A DNA stretch of 64,000 bases, from IMG/VR virus record IMGVR_UViG_3300033150_001690, one strand, 5' to 3'. This document shows positions 9,601 through 20,191 of this stretch, piece after piece; positions within the stretch are counted from its first letter, which is position 1; every line of letters starts with the position of its first letter. The stretch is from an uncultured virus (IMG/VR IMGVR_UViG_3300033150_001690) (lineage: Duplodnaviria > Heunggongvirae > Uroviricota > Caudoviricetes). Made by a program: the position numbers and the translations under genes. The notes below the pieces were generated by a model. That model was not told the DNA's origin and ran no database searches. It saw only the letters and a list, made by a program, of their open reading frames with translations.

Positions 9601-10757
9601 CATTTTTAGGAAGTGTAGTTATGGAAGAAGAACTAACTAAGGAATTGCTAGAAGAAGAATACAATAATGGTCTGTCAGTTAGAGAGATAGCCAGAAAATA
9701 TGGAGTTTCTAAAGGAAGAATAGATTATTTATTTGACAAGTATGGTATAGAGAGAAGAAGTGTAAGTGAAGCATTAATCCTGAAGGCTAGTAAAGAACGA
9801 GAAGAGAGAATAGAAGAGGCTAGAGTGATATTAGAGGAAGATTTGAGGAAGATTCATATAAAGAAGAGAAAAATTAAACCTCTTAAAAGGAGACATCTTC
9901 TTGTTCCACTATCGAACAGTAAGGAGTGTACTATAACAGTAGTGATCTCTGATCTACATCTAGGAGATAGTAATCATCTTCCTGATACTTACTGGTCTAC
10001 TATAGCTAATTTGAAGGAAGTACTCAGTTATATCAATAAGAACTATTCTATTAAGGCCTTCTACATAGTATTAAATGGTGACCTGGTCAGTGGAAGAGAT
10101 GTATATAAATTTCAAGAACTAAGAAATCTTCTAGACAGAGGTCATTGGCAGGTCTTTCTAGCAGAGTATGTGTTGAAGAAGACCTTCAAAATGTTAGAAG
10201 ATATTAGACCAATTACTAGAGTTTATTTAGTGAAGGGCACTCATGAATCACTAGCTAATAACTTTGTATTATACTTGAAGAGAATGTTAGGAGATAAGGC
10301 CTATTATTTAAGTCATGGAGGAGTAGTAAATATAGCTGATCCAATAGGAGAATACAATGTGTTATTTACTCATGGATCATCTTATTCTGAATATTGCCCT
10401 ATACCTCCTAAGTTAATGAGAGACGTTCTAGCGGAAGTAAACAAACAGAAGGAGAGAGGAGTATATATTGAAAGAGTATGTACAGGTCATACTCACTGGT
10501 TATCTCCTAGTTTAATAATAGGAGATGTTTACTGGGATGTAACAGGTGGTTTCCAGAAGTGGGAGTACACTCTTCATCAGAGACCAAGTGGAGTAATATT
10601 GTACTTCTATAGTTCTAAGGAAGTATCTTCTATTCCTATTAGACCAGATCCAGAGATAGAAGATGAAGAACAAAGTGAAGTAGGTCTAGAATATAAAAAC
10701 TTGAAATATTATGGAGAATGTCTTCTAGAACATTTAAAGAAAATAGAGGGAAGATAA
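9597..10757 (+). CDS. HTH plus calcineurin-like metallophosphoesterase
   Basis: HTH LSVREIARKYGVS; DLHLGD, NGD, GTHE, THG, GHTH motifs. Confidence 0.85.
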   Translation: MTFLGSVVMEEELTKELLEEEYNNGLSVREIARKYGVSKGRIDYLFDKYGIERRSVSEALILKASKEREERIEEARVILEEDLRKIHIKKRKIKPLKRRHLLVPLSNSKECTITVVISDLHLGDSNHLPDTYWSTIANLKEVLSYINKNYSIKAFYIVLNGDLVSGRDVYKFQELRNLLDRGHWQVFLAEYVLKKTFKMLEDIRPITRVYLVKGTHESLANNFVLYLKRMLGDKAYYLSHGGVVNIADPIGEYNVLFTHGSSYSEYCPIPPKLMRDVLAEVNKQKERGVYIERVCTGHTHWLSPSLIIGDVYWDVTGGFQKWEYTLHQRPSGVILYFYSSKEVSSIPIRPDPEIEDEEQSEVGLEYKNLKYYGECLLEHLKKIEGR

Positions 10758-11962
10758 TGGTCATTAATTCTCCTAAACTAACTTTGTTATGGCATTCAGT
10801 TGCTCCGTTTATAAGAAGTGGTTATGGTAAGACCACGTATAATATATTGAGTAGACTAGTGAAGTATGGTTATAGAGTAGTACAGTCTGCTTATTATGGA
10901 GTAGAACCTGGAGGAGTACTAAACTATCAAGGGATAATAGTAGTTTCTTCTAAAGAAGGACCCTTTGGAGTAATTAGTGCAGCTAAACATGCTAAGAGAT
11001 TCAAAACGGATGTACAGTTTCTATTTACAGATTGGTGGGCCTTCTCTAAATTTCCTGAATTAATGGCTTATCCTATTGCTTATACACCTATGGACCATGT
11101 GTATTATCCTGAAGAGATCATCAACTTTACTAGAAAATACAAAAAAGTGGTCACTTTCTGTAAGTTTACACATGATGAACTTTTATCTAGGTGGAACATG
11201 GATAGTACTATCATTCCTCATGGAGTTGATCTTTCTATCTACAAACCTCTTCCTAAAGAAGAGTGTAAGAAGAGACTAGGTCTAGAAGGGAAGTTTGTAT
11301 TTGGTACAGTAGCGGCCAATAGTGACAAAGAAGATAGGAAGTTCCATGCAGGAATGATGAAGGCTATGAGATACTTCTTAGATCAGAACCCTGACGTGAA
11401 GGATATTGTTTGGCTGTATCACACCGTTCCCACCGACCCCAGGGGCATGCCATTAAGTAATATAGCCCATAAGTGGAAGTTGGATAATGTTATAAAATTC
11501 ATGGATCCTAGTATGGCCGATATAATGCTATCAGAAGAAGAACTAGTAACATTATACAACGCTATGGATGTTCACTTGTTGTGTAGTAAAAGAGAAGGCT
11601 TTGGTCTTCCAATAATAGAGAGTCAGGCCTGTGGAGTACCAAATATAGTGCATAATTTCAGTAGTATGCCTGAACTAGTAAAAGGTCATGGATGGTTAGT
11701 AAAGAGTTTAGGAATAGATCTTAATTTAACAACCACTCCTATAAATGCAGAAACAGGGGTTCCTGATGTGTATGATCTGGCTGATAAAATAAAGAGAGCA
11801 TATTTTAATGATAAAGAGAGAAAGAGATATGCCAAAAGAAGTAGACAGTTTGCCCTGAAGTTTGGTTATGATGATATAGTTAGAGATAAATGGATACCAT
11901 TCTTAGAAGAAGTTAAAGAAGATATTAGACCTAAGGGAGTTTTGGAGAGAAGAATACTATGA
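10718..11962 (+). CDS. Glycosyltransferase family 4 (GT-B); start probably ATG 10757
   Basis: SGYG, IPHGVD, EGFGLPIIESQACGVP. Confidence 0.92.
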   Translation: MSSRTFKENRGKIMVINSPKLTLLWHSVAPFIRSGYGKTTYNILSRLVKYGYRVVQSAYYGVEPGGVLNYQGIIVVSSKEGPFGVISAAKHAKRFKTDVQFLFTDWWAFSKFPELMAYPIAYTPMDHVYYPEEIINFTRKYKKVVTFCKFTHDELLSRWNMDSTIIPHGVDLSIYKPLPKEECKKRLGLEGKFVFGTVAANSDKEDRKFHAGMMKAMRYFLDQNPDVKDIVWLYHTVPTDPRGMPLSNIAHKWKLDNVIKFMDPSMADIMLSEEELVTLYNAMDVHLLCSKREGFGLPIIESQACGVPNIVHNFSSMPELVKGHGWLVKSLGIDLNLTTTPINAETGVPDVYDLADKIKRAYFNDKERKRYAKRSRQFALKFGYDDIVRDKWIPFLEEVKEDIRPKGVLERRIL

Positions 11963-13905
11963 CCCATATAATGATAGCTACTATGTGTAAGAACGCAAGT
12001 AAATACTTAGATACTTATTGGAAGTGTATTAAACAGTTAGATTATCCCAAAGATAAGATAAGAATAGTAATTATTTATGGAGACTCCTGGGATGATACTC
12101 TTAAAAAGTTGAAGGAGTTTAAAGAAGAGGGAGTAGTAGAATTGGAAGTATTTAGAGAATCATCTGTCCCTAGAGTAAAAGGATCCTTTCTTTCCGCTTC
12201 AATATATAATGATTTTAAAGGTCTAGTGAAGGATGAAGATGATTATATTCTCTTTTTAGATGTAGATCTTGAATTTCCTCCTAACTTAGTAAAGGAGTTA
12301 ATTAAAGTCAAAGGAGACATTGTAGCTCCCTACGTGTTCTTCAAGAATAGAGAAGGGCAAGATATTTTTTACAACACATGGGAGTTTAGGTATAAGGGTA
12401 AAAGATTTGATCCTCTTAGCCCTGTAGGACTTGGAGAGCATTACCCGATAGAAGTAGACTCTGTTGGATCGTGTTTTCTAAACACTAGAGAAGTTTGGAT
12501 CAATATGCCTGCTGGGGATCCCTATCCCGATGTTTATTATTGTAACTATGCTAGGAAGTGTGGATATCAAATAGTGGTTCTGCCATATTTGAAGGTATAT
12601 CACCCAAGTCCATATGAAGATCCTAAGATAGCAAAATCTCCGTTAGATCCAAGATTGGGAGGATATCCAGAGAAGGAAGAATTTGCTACTTCTAGAGAGA
12701 CTGTCGAACCTTTCAGAAAGAAGACAAAAGAAGAGCTAGATGCTTTTTATCAGGCTAAGCTAGATAAGTTTCTTGAATATATCAAGCGAAGAGCCAAACA
12801 ACTCCAAGAAGTCTTCAAAGACCAGAACTATAGATTCTGTTATAACAAGGCATTTAATGAAGTGTTCTTCTGTACTAGAAACCCTGAAGTTATTAACTTA
12901 ATGTATAAGACCGAGATGCTTCCTCCATTTGTTGAAGTTGAACTCTCTAACATATGTCCATACAGATGTAGGATGTGTGAAAGAACCTATATCAAGGATG
13001 AAGAGCCTAGACTGATGTCCTGGAAAGAGTTTATGCTTATAATGAAGAACTTCCCCACTTTAAAACAATGTTCATTCACTGGTATTGGAGATATTTGGGC
13101 TAATCCTATAGCCTTAGATGCTATTAAGTTTGTTAAGAAGGAAAGAGATGCTATATTTGAACAATATGATACTTTCCAAAAGATCACTCCTGAAGTAGCT
13201 GAGAAGTTAGTAAAGTGGAAAGTAGACTCATTGTTAGTATCCATAGATGCAGGTACTAAACAGACATATGAGAACTTCAGGAGAGGAATGAAGTGGGATA
13301 AAATGATAGAAGGAGTAAATAACTTATTAAAGGCCAAAAGAAAGTATAAGAGCTATCTTCCTACTTTAGCATGGCATTTTGTTATCAATAAGGCCAATGT
13401 TCATGAGGTTATAAAGATCCAGGACTTTATACTAACTTTTGATCTTAGACCTGAAGAACGTCATATTTTCTACAATAGACTATTACACAACTACCCTGAA
13501 ATATCTGATATTTACATGGAGATTCCTGAAGATCTTAAGAAAACTATCTTGCTAGAAGCTCAGAAGAGAAATATTCATGTAAGTTTTAATGCTCCTACTA
13601 GTCCTTCTCTCCAAGCTCCTATAAACTATTGTACTGACTTCTGGCAGCCCTTCATATTTGTGAATGGTGATGTATTTCCCTGTTGTTGTCAACATGAAAG
13701 TAATAGAAGGTTCTGGGAGTTCTCTCTGAGACTAGGTAATATATTTGAGACCAAAGACCTTAGAAAGATATGGTTTGGGTCAAGATGGAGACATTTAAGA
13801 AGAACTCTATATCAGGGGAGACTTCCTGAGGTCTGTGTTGATTGTCCCACATATAACTGGAGAGGATACGATAGGAAGCCTATTATGAGGTATGGAGAGA
13901 AATGA
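11959..13905 (+). CDS. GT-A glycosyltransferase (Anp1/GT2-like) fused to radical SAM/SPASM domain
   Basis: LFLDVD (DxD) and VDSVG in the N-half; CPYRCRMC (CxxxCxxC) and SPASM cysteines (CTDFW, PCCC, CVDC) in the C-half. Confidence 0.88.
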   Translation: MTHIMIATMCKNASKYLDTYWKCIKQLDYPKDKIRIVIIYGDSWDDTLKKLKEFKEEGVVELEVFRESSVPRVKGSFLSASIYNDFKGLVKDEDDYILFLDVDLEFPPNLVKELIKVKGDIVAPYVFFKNREGQDIFYNTWEFRYKGKRFDPLSPVGLGEHYPIEVDSVGSCFLNTREVWINMPAGDPYPDVYYCNYARKCGYQIVVLPYLKVYHPSPYEDPKIAKSPLDPRLGGYPEKEEFATSRETVEPFRKKTKEELDAFYQAKLDKFLEYIKRRAKQLQEVFKDQNYRFCYNKAFNEVFFCTRNPEVINLMYKTEMLPPFVEVELSNICPYRCRMCERTYIKDEEPRLMSWKEFMLIMKNFPTLKQCSFTGIGDIWANPIALDAIKFVKKERDAIFEQYDTFQKITPEVAEKLVKWKVDSLLVSIDAGTKQTYENFRRGMKWDKMIEGVNNLLKAKRKYKSYLPTLAWHFVINKANVHEVIKIQDFILTFDLRPEERHIFYNRLLHNYPEISDIYMEIPEDLKKTILLEAQKRNIHVSFNAPTSPSLQAPINYCTDFWQPFIFVNGDVFPCCCQHESNRRFWEFSLRLGNIFETKDLRKIWFGSRWRHLRRTLYQGRLPEVCVDCPTYNWRGYDRKPIMRYGEK

Positions 13906-14978
13906 ATATTCTAATCCTTCAACCTTCCTGTTTAGTATATGGTGGAGCAGAACTGGCCATTTCTAATTTATGTAATTATTTAATTAAGAAAGGTCATAAT
14001 ATTGATCTATTAACTATGGGTATTGATGAGCAAATGGAGAAAGATCTTAAACATGGAATTGGTCTAATATCGTTTAAAGGAAATAAGATCCCTTCTAGAC
14101 CGTTTGAAGTTTTCAAAGAGTATCTTGAGGAGAACTATAATAACTATGATATCTTCAACTCTCATAACCATCCCTGTGAACTTTTAGTTAAGAAGGAGTA
14201 TGGTCCTCATGTCTGGTATCATAATGAACCTCCGGATTATGTATTAGATGGAGGTAAACTTGATATTAGAGAGAAGGAGTATGTTAGAAGGAATGTGACT
14301 AGAATCATAGTAGCAGATAAGTTTAACCAAAATAGAGTGTATAAATTGTACGGTATTAGACCAACAATAGTTCCATATGGTGTGGATGTCTCTTTTTGGA
14401 ATCCTTCTAGGGCAAGACCTGAGAAAATAGAGGAGGAGTTCAATATTTCAGAAGATGACTTCTTAATCTTTCATCCTGGATGGTATCATCCTAGAAAGAA
14501 TCAACTGTTTACTTTTAGACTGGCGGAAATGTTGAAGAAAGATATTCCTAATCTTAAAGTAATGTTTTCAGGTCAACCAACACAGTATTATTATTTGTTA
14601 AAGAAGAGAATAATAGATTCAGGTCTAGAAGATTTATTTGTTTTAGACACAGTTATGGGAAGAAGGAGAAGAGTAAGAGATATGTATGCCAGAGCTGATC
14701 TAGTTGTATTTCCATATAGATCTCAGGGAGGATTTTTATCAGTATTTGAAAGTTTAGCAATGAAGAAAACTATCTTAGTATTTCCTGAAGTGTGTTGTGC
14801 TTCTATTGTTAGAAAGAACAATTTGGGAATAGTAACTTATGATTTCTACTCTTATGTTCTGAAAATATACAAAGATCCAGGAAGGTTTAAGTTCAATGGC
14901 AGAAATTGGGTAAGGGAGAATCTTACTTGGAAGCAGTATGGTGAAAGAATATTAAAGGTCTTTGAGGAGTTGACATGA
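13902..14978 (+). CDS. Glycosyltransferase family 4
   Basis: YGGAE, VPYGVD, RKNQ, ESLAM. Confidence 0.88.
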   Translation: MNILILQPSCLVYGGAELAISNLCNYLIKKGHNIDLLTMGIDEQMEKDLKHGIGLISFKGNKIPSRPFEVFKEYLEENYNNYDIFNSHNHPCELLVKKEYGPHVWYHNEPPDYVLDGGKLDIREKEYVRRNVTRIIVADKFNQNRVYKLYGIRPTIVPYGVDVSFWNPSRARPEKIEEEFNISEDDFLIFHPGWYHPRKNQLFTFRLAEMLKKDIPNLKVMFSGQPTQYYYLLKKRIIDSGLEDLFVLDTVMGRRRRVRDMYARADLVVFPYRSQGGFLSVFESLAMKKTILVFPEVCCASIVRKNNLGIVTYDFYSYVLKIYKDPGRFKFNGRNWVRENLTWKQYGERILKVFEELT

Positions 14979-15784
14979 ATAAGTATTTAGAGATACTTAA
15001 AGGGAAGAACTGGTTAAAGAATCTAGTAATATTTCTTCCTTTATATCTTGAAGGTCTTTTATTTTCTTCTAATCACTTCTTATCATTAATCATTCCGTTC
15101 ATAGCTTTATGTTTGATATCTTCAGCAGGTTATATCTTAAACGATATTTGTGACATTGAAGAAGATAGAATTCATCCTAAAAAGAAACATAGACCTTTTG
15201 CTAGTGGTAAAATAAGACCAGTTGTAGGTCTATTGATTTTAGATATCTTGATAATACTTTCTTTTCTTCTATATCCTTCTATTTATTTATTATTTCTATT
15301 TCTTATTGATTTAATGTATAATATCAAATTTAGGCACATTCCTTATCTAGATTGTATTACACTATCTTCTAAATATCCGATTAGATTAATGGTGGGATAT
15401 GATATTCTTACTATTCCACCTGATATCTCTTTACTTTTCGTAGTCTTCTTTTTAGCAATGATCTTGGCTATTTTTAAAAGGATAGGAGAAATAGGGATCT
15501 ATTCTAGATCTGTAATGAAGTATTATACAAAAGATATGTTATATTCCTTCTTTAGACTAAGCTTTTGTTTATTTGGATGTTTGTCAGTAATATTCTTCAT
15601 TCTAAATGGTCTTTATTACTCTACTATACCTTCTATTCTCCTTTGTGGATATTTATACTGTTATTCCTTTGATCTTAACTATGAACGGGGAAAGTCTTTA
15701 GCTATTTTAAAAGAAAGATCTTTTCTGCTTGTTCTCTTGTTCCTGTTTCTTACATCTTATCTAGAGATATATGGAGGAGTTTAA
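14975..15784 (+). CDS. UbiA-family prenyltransferase (polyprenyl-phosphate phosphoribosyltransferase-like)
   Basis: WLKNLVIFLP and YILNDICDIEEDRIHPKKKHRPFASG motifs; multiple TM helices. Confidence 0.85.
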   Translation: MNKYLEILKGKNWLKNLVIFLPLYLEGLLFSSNHFLSLIIPFIALCLISSAGYILNDICDIEEDRIHPKKKHRPFASGKIRPVVGLLILDILIILSFLLYPSIYLLFLFLIDLMYNIKFRHIPYLDCITLSSKYPIRLMVGYDILTIPPDISLLFVVFFLAMILAIFKRIGEIGIYSRSVMKYYTKDMLYSFFRLSFCLFGCLSVIFFILNGLYYSTIPSILLCGYLYCYSFDLNYERGKSLAILKERSFLLVLLFLFLTSYLEIYGGV

Positions 15785-16477
15785 ATGGTTGATATTGGAG
15801 TTTGTAGTATGATCCGTAATGAGATAGAGATTCTTCCAGCATATTATAGATATATCAAAAAATGGGCTAACAGTTGGTATGTTTTGGATCATGGAAGTAA
15901 TGATGGGTCTTTGGAATTCTTGTATAGAATGAAGGATCGTGATGAAATTTCAATTGAAGTACTTGAGAGACCTTCTTTGGATTTTAATAAAGACTTCTAT
16001 AGAGAAGTTAATTATATCATCTCAAAATGTAAGAATAAGTGGACATTCTGGGGTCATATTGACGAATTTATCATGAATGCCAAAGAAGTATTTCAAAAGA
16101 TCACTCAGGAAGAAGCAGTTTATTCCTTCACTAGATTAGAAATGATCCAGTTGTGTCCTCCTTTGTATTTGACCAGGGAAACGTTTGTAAGGCTATTTCC
16201 TACTTCTTGGAAAATTAGATGGAGAGAAGGGCATCATGTTCATTCAGAGAGTCCTGTGATCCCTAAAGATAGACCTATTAAGAGAGCTGACTGTTTAATG
16301 TTCCACATTGGGAGGTGTAGAAACATAGAACATATTAGAGAAAAAGAACGATCATATGAGGCTTGTAGTGGAAGTAGTGTCCTTGGATCGAAGTATTCTG
16401 AAGAGAGAAGAGAGGAGGAGAGAAGAAAAGCTAAACTTTTAGAAGTATACATTGATATATCGAGGTTTCTAATATGA
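15785..16477 (+). CDS. Glycosyltransferase family 2-like
   Basis: IRNE, LDHGSNDGS, HIDE. Confidence 0.8.
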   Translation: MVDIGVCSMIRNEIEILPAYYRYIKKWANSWYVLDHGSNDGSLEFLYRMKDRDEISIEVLERPSLDFNKDFYREVNYIISKCKNKWTFWGHIDEFIMNAKEVFQKITQEEAVYSFTRLEMIQLCPPLYLTRETFVRLFPTSWKIRWREGHHVHSESPVIPKDRPIKRADCLMFHIGRCRNIEHIREKERSYEACSGSSVLGSKYSEERREEERRKAKLLEVYIDISRFLI

Positions 16478-17184
16478 TTGATCTTTCAATAGCCATGACG
16501 ATCTGTAATGAAGAGAATACTCTTCCAGAACTTATCCTCAGATTAATTACTATACTGAAAAACACTAACTTAGAATATGAGATTCTAATACTTGATAACG
16601 GAAGTACTGATATGACTCCTAAGATATGTGAAGAATTAAAGATATCATTCTCTAACATTAAAATATTTAGGAATGAAGTAACTAAATACTATTTAGATGC
16701 TTTAAGACAAGTCCTGTTAAAAACTAAAGGGAGATTTATTTTTTATATAGACGGGGATCTTCAATATTATCCTGAAGAGATCTTAAGATTCTATAAGCAT
16801 AGAAATTATGACGTAGTTTCTGGAGTTAAGGTAAGAAGAAGAGATCCTTTCTTGAGGAAAATAGAGAGCATATTCTTTCATGCTTTTACTGGATTAGTAT
16901 TCTTCAAATTCTTCAGAGATCCTAATACTGGTCTTAAACTGTTGAGTAGAGAAGTAATAGAGAACATAATTCCTGAATTGAAATATTTGAAATATTCCCC
17001 TGGTACTGAAATAATGTACAGAGCCTGGAAGGAAGGATATAATATATTGGAGATAGGAGTAGAACATAAGAAGAGGAAGTATGGAGAAAGTAAGATCTCT
17101 AGAATTAAAAATATTAAAAAAGTAATTAAAATTCAACTCCATGGGTTGTATCACTTATGGAAGGATTTAGTATTTGGTCATTAA
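16474..17184 (+). CDS. GT2 polyprenol-phosphate glycosyltransferase (DPM synthase-like)
   Basis: NEE, DNGSTD, IDGDLQY, RRD, D-x2-TG, R-x2-GESK motifs. Confidence 0.88.
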   Translation: MIDLSIAMTICNEENTLPELILRLITILKNTNLEYEILILDNGSTDMTPKICEELKISFSNIKIFRNEVTKYYLDALRQVLLKTKGRFIFYIDGDLQYYPEEILRFYKHRNYDVVSGVKVRRRDPFLRKIESIFFHAFTGLVFFKFFRDPNTGLKLLSREVIENIIPELKYLKYSPGTEIMYRAWKEGYNILEIGVEHKKRKYGESKISRIKNIKKVIKIQLHGLYHLWKDLVFGH

Positions 17185-17591
17185 TACTAGGTTTTATAGG
17201 TAATAGATTAAGAAGATTCGTTAGGAGACCTGATATTGATTATGTAACAAAATATTTAGCTATAGGAGGCGAGACTACTATTCCTTCTTCTTTTAGACCA
17301 GTGAGTGCTAGAATTCTTAAGGAAGGAGAATATCCGGATATAGAGCTAGTGGATACGTTGGTAGGTGAGATAGAAGAAAATTATAAAAAAGGGCAAAAGA
17401 CCTTTCTATACTGTAAATATGGAAGAGGTAGAGCTCCTATGGTAGCAATATGTTATTTAATGAAGCATTTACATCTCTCTCTTGAGAGTTCTATAGAAAA
17501 AGTAAAGAGAAGTAGACCATTTGTTTATCTAAATCAAAAACAGTTAAAGTTTTTGGAGGATTATGAATGCAGGATAAAAGAAAGATCTTAG
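17157..17591 (+). CDS. Dual-specificity (Cys-based) phosphatase
   Basis: YCKYGRGRA (Cx5R P-loop), YLM, RP, NxxQ. Confidence 0.85.
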   Translation: MEGFSIWSLILGFIGNRLRRFVRRPDIDYVTKYLAIGGETTIPSSFRPVSARILKEGEYPDIELVDTLVGEIEENYKKGQKTFLYCKYGRGRAPMVAICYLMKHLHLSLESSIEKVKRSRPFVYLNQKQLKFLEDYECRIKERS

Positions 17592-18565
17592 TTACTGGGG
17601 TCCCAGGTTGGCTAGGAACATACTTTCTTAGAGCTTTGAAGAAGGGGACTTCGGATTATCCAGAATATTCTCCTAAACCATGGAAGATTCGAACATTATC
17701 TCTTCCTGGAGTGGATACTTCAAATATTGAAGAAAACGTGGATCAAATTGTTAGAGGAGATATTAGAGATTTTAATCTTTGTTTGAAGGCCACTCAAGAT
17801 GTGGAGGTGGTAGTTCATTTAGCTGGAGTAATTCATCCTAAAAGGGTAAAGGATTTTTATGAAGTTAACACTAAAGGAACTTCTAACTTGGTTTATGCTT
17901 CTATATTAAATAATGTAGATCAGTTCATTTATATTTCTTCCAATAGTGCATTCGGAGTTGCAGATTATATAATGAATGAAGAATCTCCTCCTAGACCTTA
18001 CATGAATTATGGATGGTCTAAGTTTTATGCCGAGGAAGTTGTAAGAAGTTTTGGAGAACATCTACCATATGTAATTTTGAGACCGTGTTGGTATTATGGA
18101 GAAGGTCATCCGCTTAGACAATCTAAATTAATTAAGATGATCGAAAAAGGAAGACCTCTAATTTTTGGAGATGGAAACTATCTTAGAAGTATGACTTACA
18201 TAGGCAACTTAAGTATGGCTATAATTCAAGTTATAAGCGAAAGGTTATATAATAGGGAATATTGGATAGCTGATAAAAGACCATACACTATCAATGAAAT
18301 TTATAGCACAATAGCTAGAATACTTGGAGTAAATTGTAGACCTATCTATATTCCTGAAGTATTTTCTAAGATGTGTAGGTTGGGAGACAAAGTACTTCAG
18401 AGATTAGGGATGTATAACTCATATCTCCATGTAGCTGGAGAGATGACCTGTAATATTGCTTGTTCTGTCAAGAGAGCTATGAAGGAGTTTGGATATGATC
18501 CTAGAGTTGACCTAGAAGAAGGTATGAGGAGAAGTATAGAATGGGAGAAACATGTAAGATCTTAG
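17567..18565 (+). CDS. NAD-dependent epimerase/dehydratase (extended SDR)
   Basis: TGVPGWLG, HLAG, YGWSK. Confidence 0.9.
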   Translation: MQDKRKILVTGVPGWLGTYFLRALKKGTSDYPEYSPKPWKIRTLSLPGVDTSNIEENVDQIVRGDIRDFNLCLKATQDVEVVVHLAGVIHPKRVKDFYEVNTKGTSNLVYASILNNVDQFIYISSNSAFGVADYIMNEESPPRPYMNYGWSKFYAEEVVRSFGEHLPYVILRPCWYYGEGHPLRQSKLIKMIEKGRPLIFGDGNYLRSMTYIGNLSMAIIQVISERLYNREYWIADKRPYTINEIYSTIARILGVNCRPIYIPEVFSKMCRLGDKVLQRLGMYNSYLHVAGEMTCNIACSVKRAMKEFGYDPRVDLEEGMRRSIEWEKHVRS

Positions 18566-19506
18566 TGACCGGGTCATCAGGATTTGTAGGTTCATATTTA
18601 GTGAGATCTCTCAGTAAACAACATGAAGTAGAAGGTTTGGATATTAGACCTTCTTCTCAAGATATTGTTCTTCATAAGAAAGATATTAGAAGGATCTTTT
18701 GTTTAGATCCCTATGATATAATTATTCATTGTGCTTCCCTAGTACCTATTTCTTCTGCTTCGTGGAATGAATATTATTCTACAAACGTTGTGGGCACTAA
18801 GAATGTCTTAAATATTAAACATGATCAGTTTATTTATATCTCTACTAGTGCTGTATTTAGTGGAGGATTTATAAAAGAAGATACTCCTTTATGTCCTGCG
18901 GGAAAATATGGATTGTCTAAACTATTAGCAGAGAACTTGGTCAAGAATAGAGGAGGAGTTATAATTAGACCAAGGACTATTTTAGGAGGAAGGAGAGTAG
19001 GATTTCTTGATTATATTTTATATAATATTAGGAGAAATAGACCTATACTTCTCTTCAAAGAAAGTAGAGATAAAATAATTCAGTTTCTCCATATTCAAGA
19101 TCTTGTTAAGTTTATAGAGTTGTTGATCAACAAGGATATAAATACTGGGGTTTATAATATTGGTTGTTTGAAATACAATTCTCTTTATTATGATCTAGTG
19201 GAGTCAATAAAACAGGTGGGAAGTAAATCCTGGATCTTATGGTTTCCAGATTTTAGTAGAATATTGAGAGGTCTAAATATAATAAAGTTACTTCCATTTG
19301 CTGAATGGCATAGGATTAGTCTTCTCAATGATTTCTATTTTGATATTCAAAAGGCTCTTGATCTAGGTTGGAAGCCTAAATATTCGAATGTGGAAATGAT
19401 GGTTGAGACCATACAGAAGTTTTCTGTTACTTACAAAGGATCGCTTCATCAAGCATCGTTAAATTATCCTATCCTTAAATTTCTTAGAAAAGGAGGCTTT
19501 ATTTAG
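18541..19506 (+). CDS. NAD-dependent epimerase/dehydratase (extended SDR)
   Basis: TGSSGFVG, HCAS, YGLSK. Confidence 0.9.
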   Translation: MGETCKILVTGSSGFVGSYLVRSLSKQHEVEGLDIRPSSQDIVLHKKDIRRIFCLDPYDIIIHCASLVPISSASWNEYYSTNVVGTKNVLNIKHDQFIYISTSAVFSGGFIKEDTPLCPAGKYGLSKLLAENLVKNRGGVIIRPRTILGGRRVGFLDYILYNIRRNRPILLFKESRDKIIQFLHIQDLVKFIELLINKDINTGVYNIGCLKYNSLYYDLVESIKQVGSKSWILWFPDFSRILRGLNIIKLLPFAEWHRISLLNDFYFDIQKALDLGWKPKYSNVEMMVETIQKFSVTYKGSLHQASLNYPILKFLRKGGFI

Positions 19507-19522
19507 TAGGAGAGAATAAAGA

Positions 19523-20170
19523 ATGAATGAAGCAATAATTCTTGCTGGAAAAGATAATTGGAGACTTAAACCAGATATATGGATCCCTAAACCAATGCTG
19601 AAGTTAAATAACTTTACTCTTCTAGAACAACAGATCAGGTGGTTGGTTAGTAACAAGATAGAACATGTCATAATTGCTTCTGATCAGAAGTATGACATTC
19701 ATCCTTTATTGGAGAGTTATGTGACCTGGTCACTAGAAGATCATAGAGGGACAGGAGGAGCAGTTCTAATTGCTAGTGATTATTTAGAAGGAGACAGTTG
19801 TTATATAATGAACGTAGATGATGTAGTCTTCTATAATCCTTTATTACTAACACTTCCTGACTGTCAGGCTAGAATATTGGTCTCTAAGCCTAGGATAGGA
19901 TATGGTAGAGTGGAGCTTAGACATGACCTGGTCTTAGGTTTTAAGGAGAAACCACTATTAGACTTCTATGTTAGTTGTGGTCACTACTTCTTCAAGAAGC
20001 ATATTATTAACAGGTATTTTCCTGACTATGGTAACTTAGAAGATAAGGTCCTTCCTGAACTAGCCCATAGAAGGATATTAAATGCTATGCGTTTAAGAGG
20101 AAAATGGATCACTATTAACACAATGAAGGACTATCTCCAGGTAAAAGAGATCTTTAAGGAGAAAGTTTAA
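19523..20170 (+). CDS. Sugar-phosphate nucleotidyltransferase
   Basis: AIILAG-x4-RL-x-P...PKPM, GTGGA, FKEKP. Confidence 0.9.
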   Translation: MNEAIILAGKDNWRLKPDIWIPKPMLKLNNFTLLEQQIRWLVSNKIEHVIIASDQKYDIHPLLESYVTWSLEDHRGTGGAVLIASDYLEGDSCYIMNVDDVVFYNPLLLTLPDCQARILVSKPRIGYGRVELRHDLVLGFKEKPLLDFYVSCGHYFFKKHIINRYFPDYGNLEDKVLPELAHRRILNAMRLRGKWITINTMKDYLQVKEIFKEKV

Positions 20171-20191
20171 GAGGTCCTTCTTCTTCACTTC

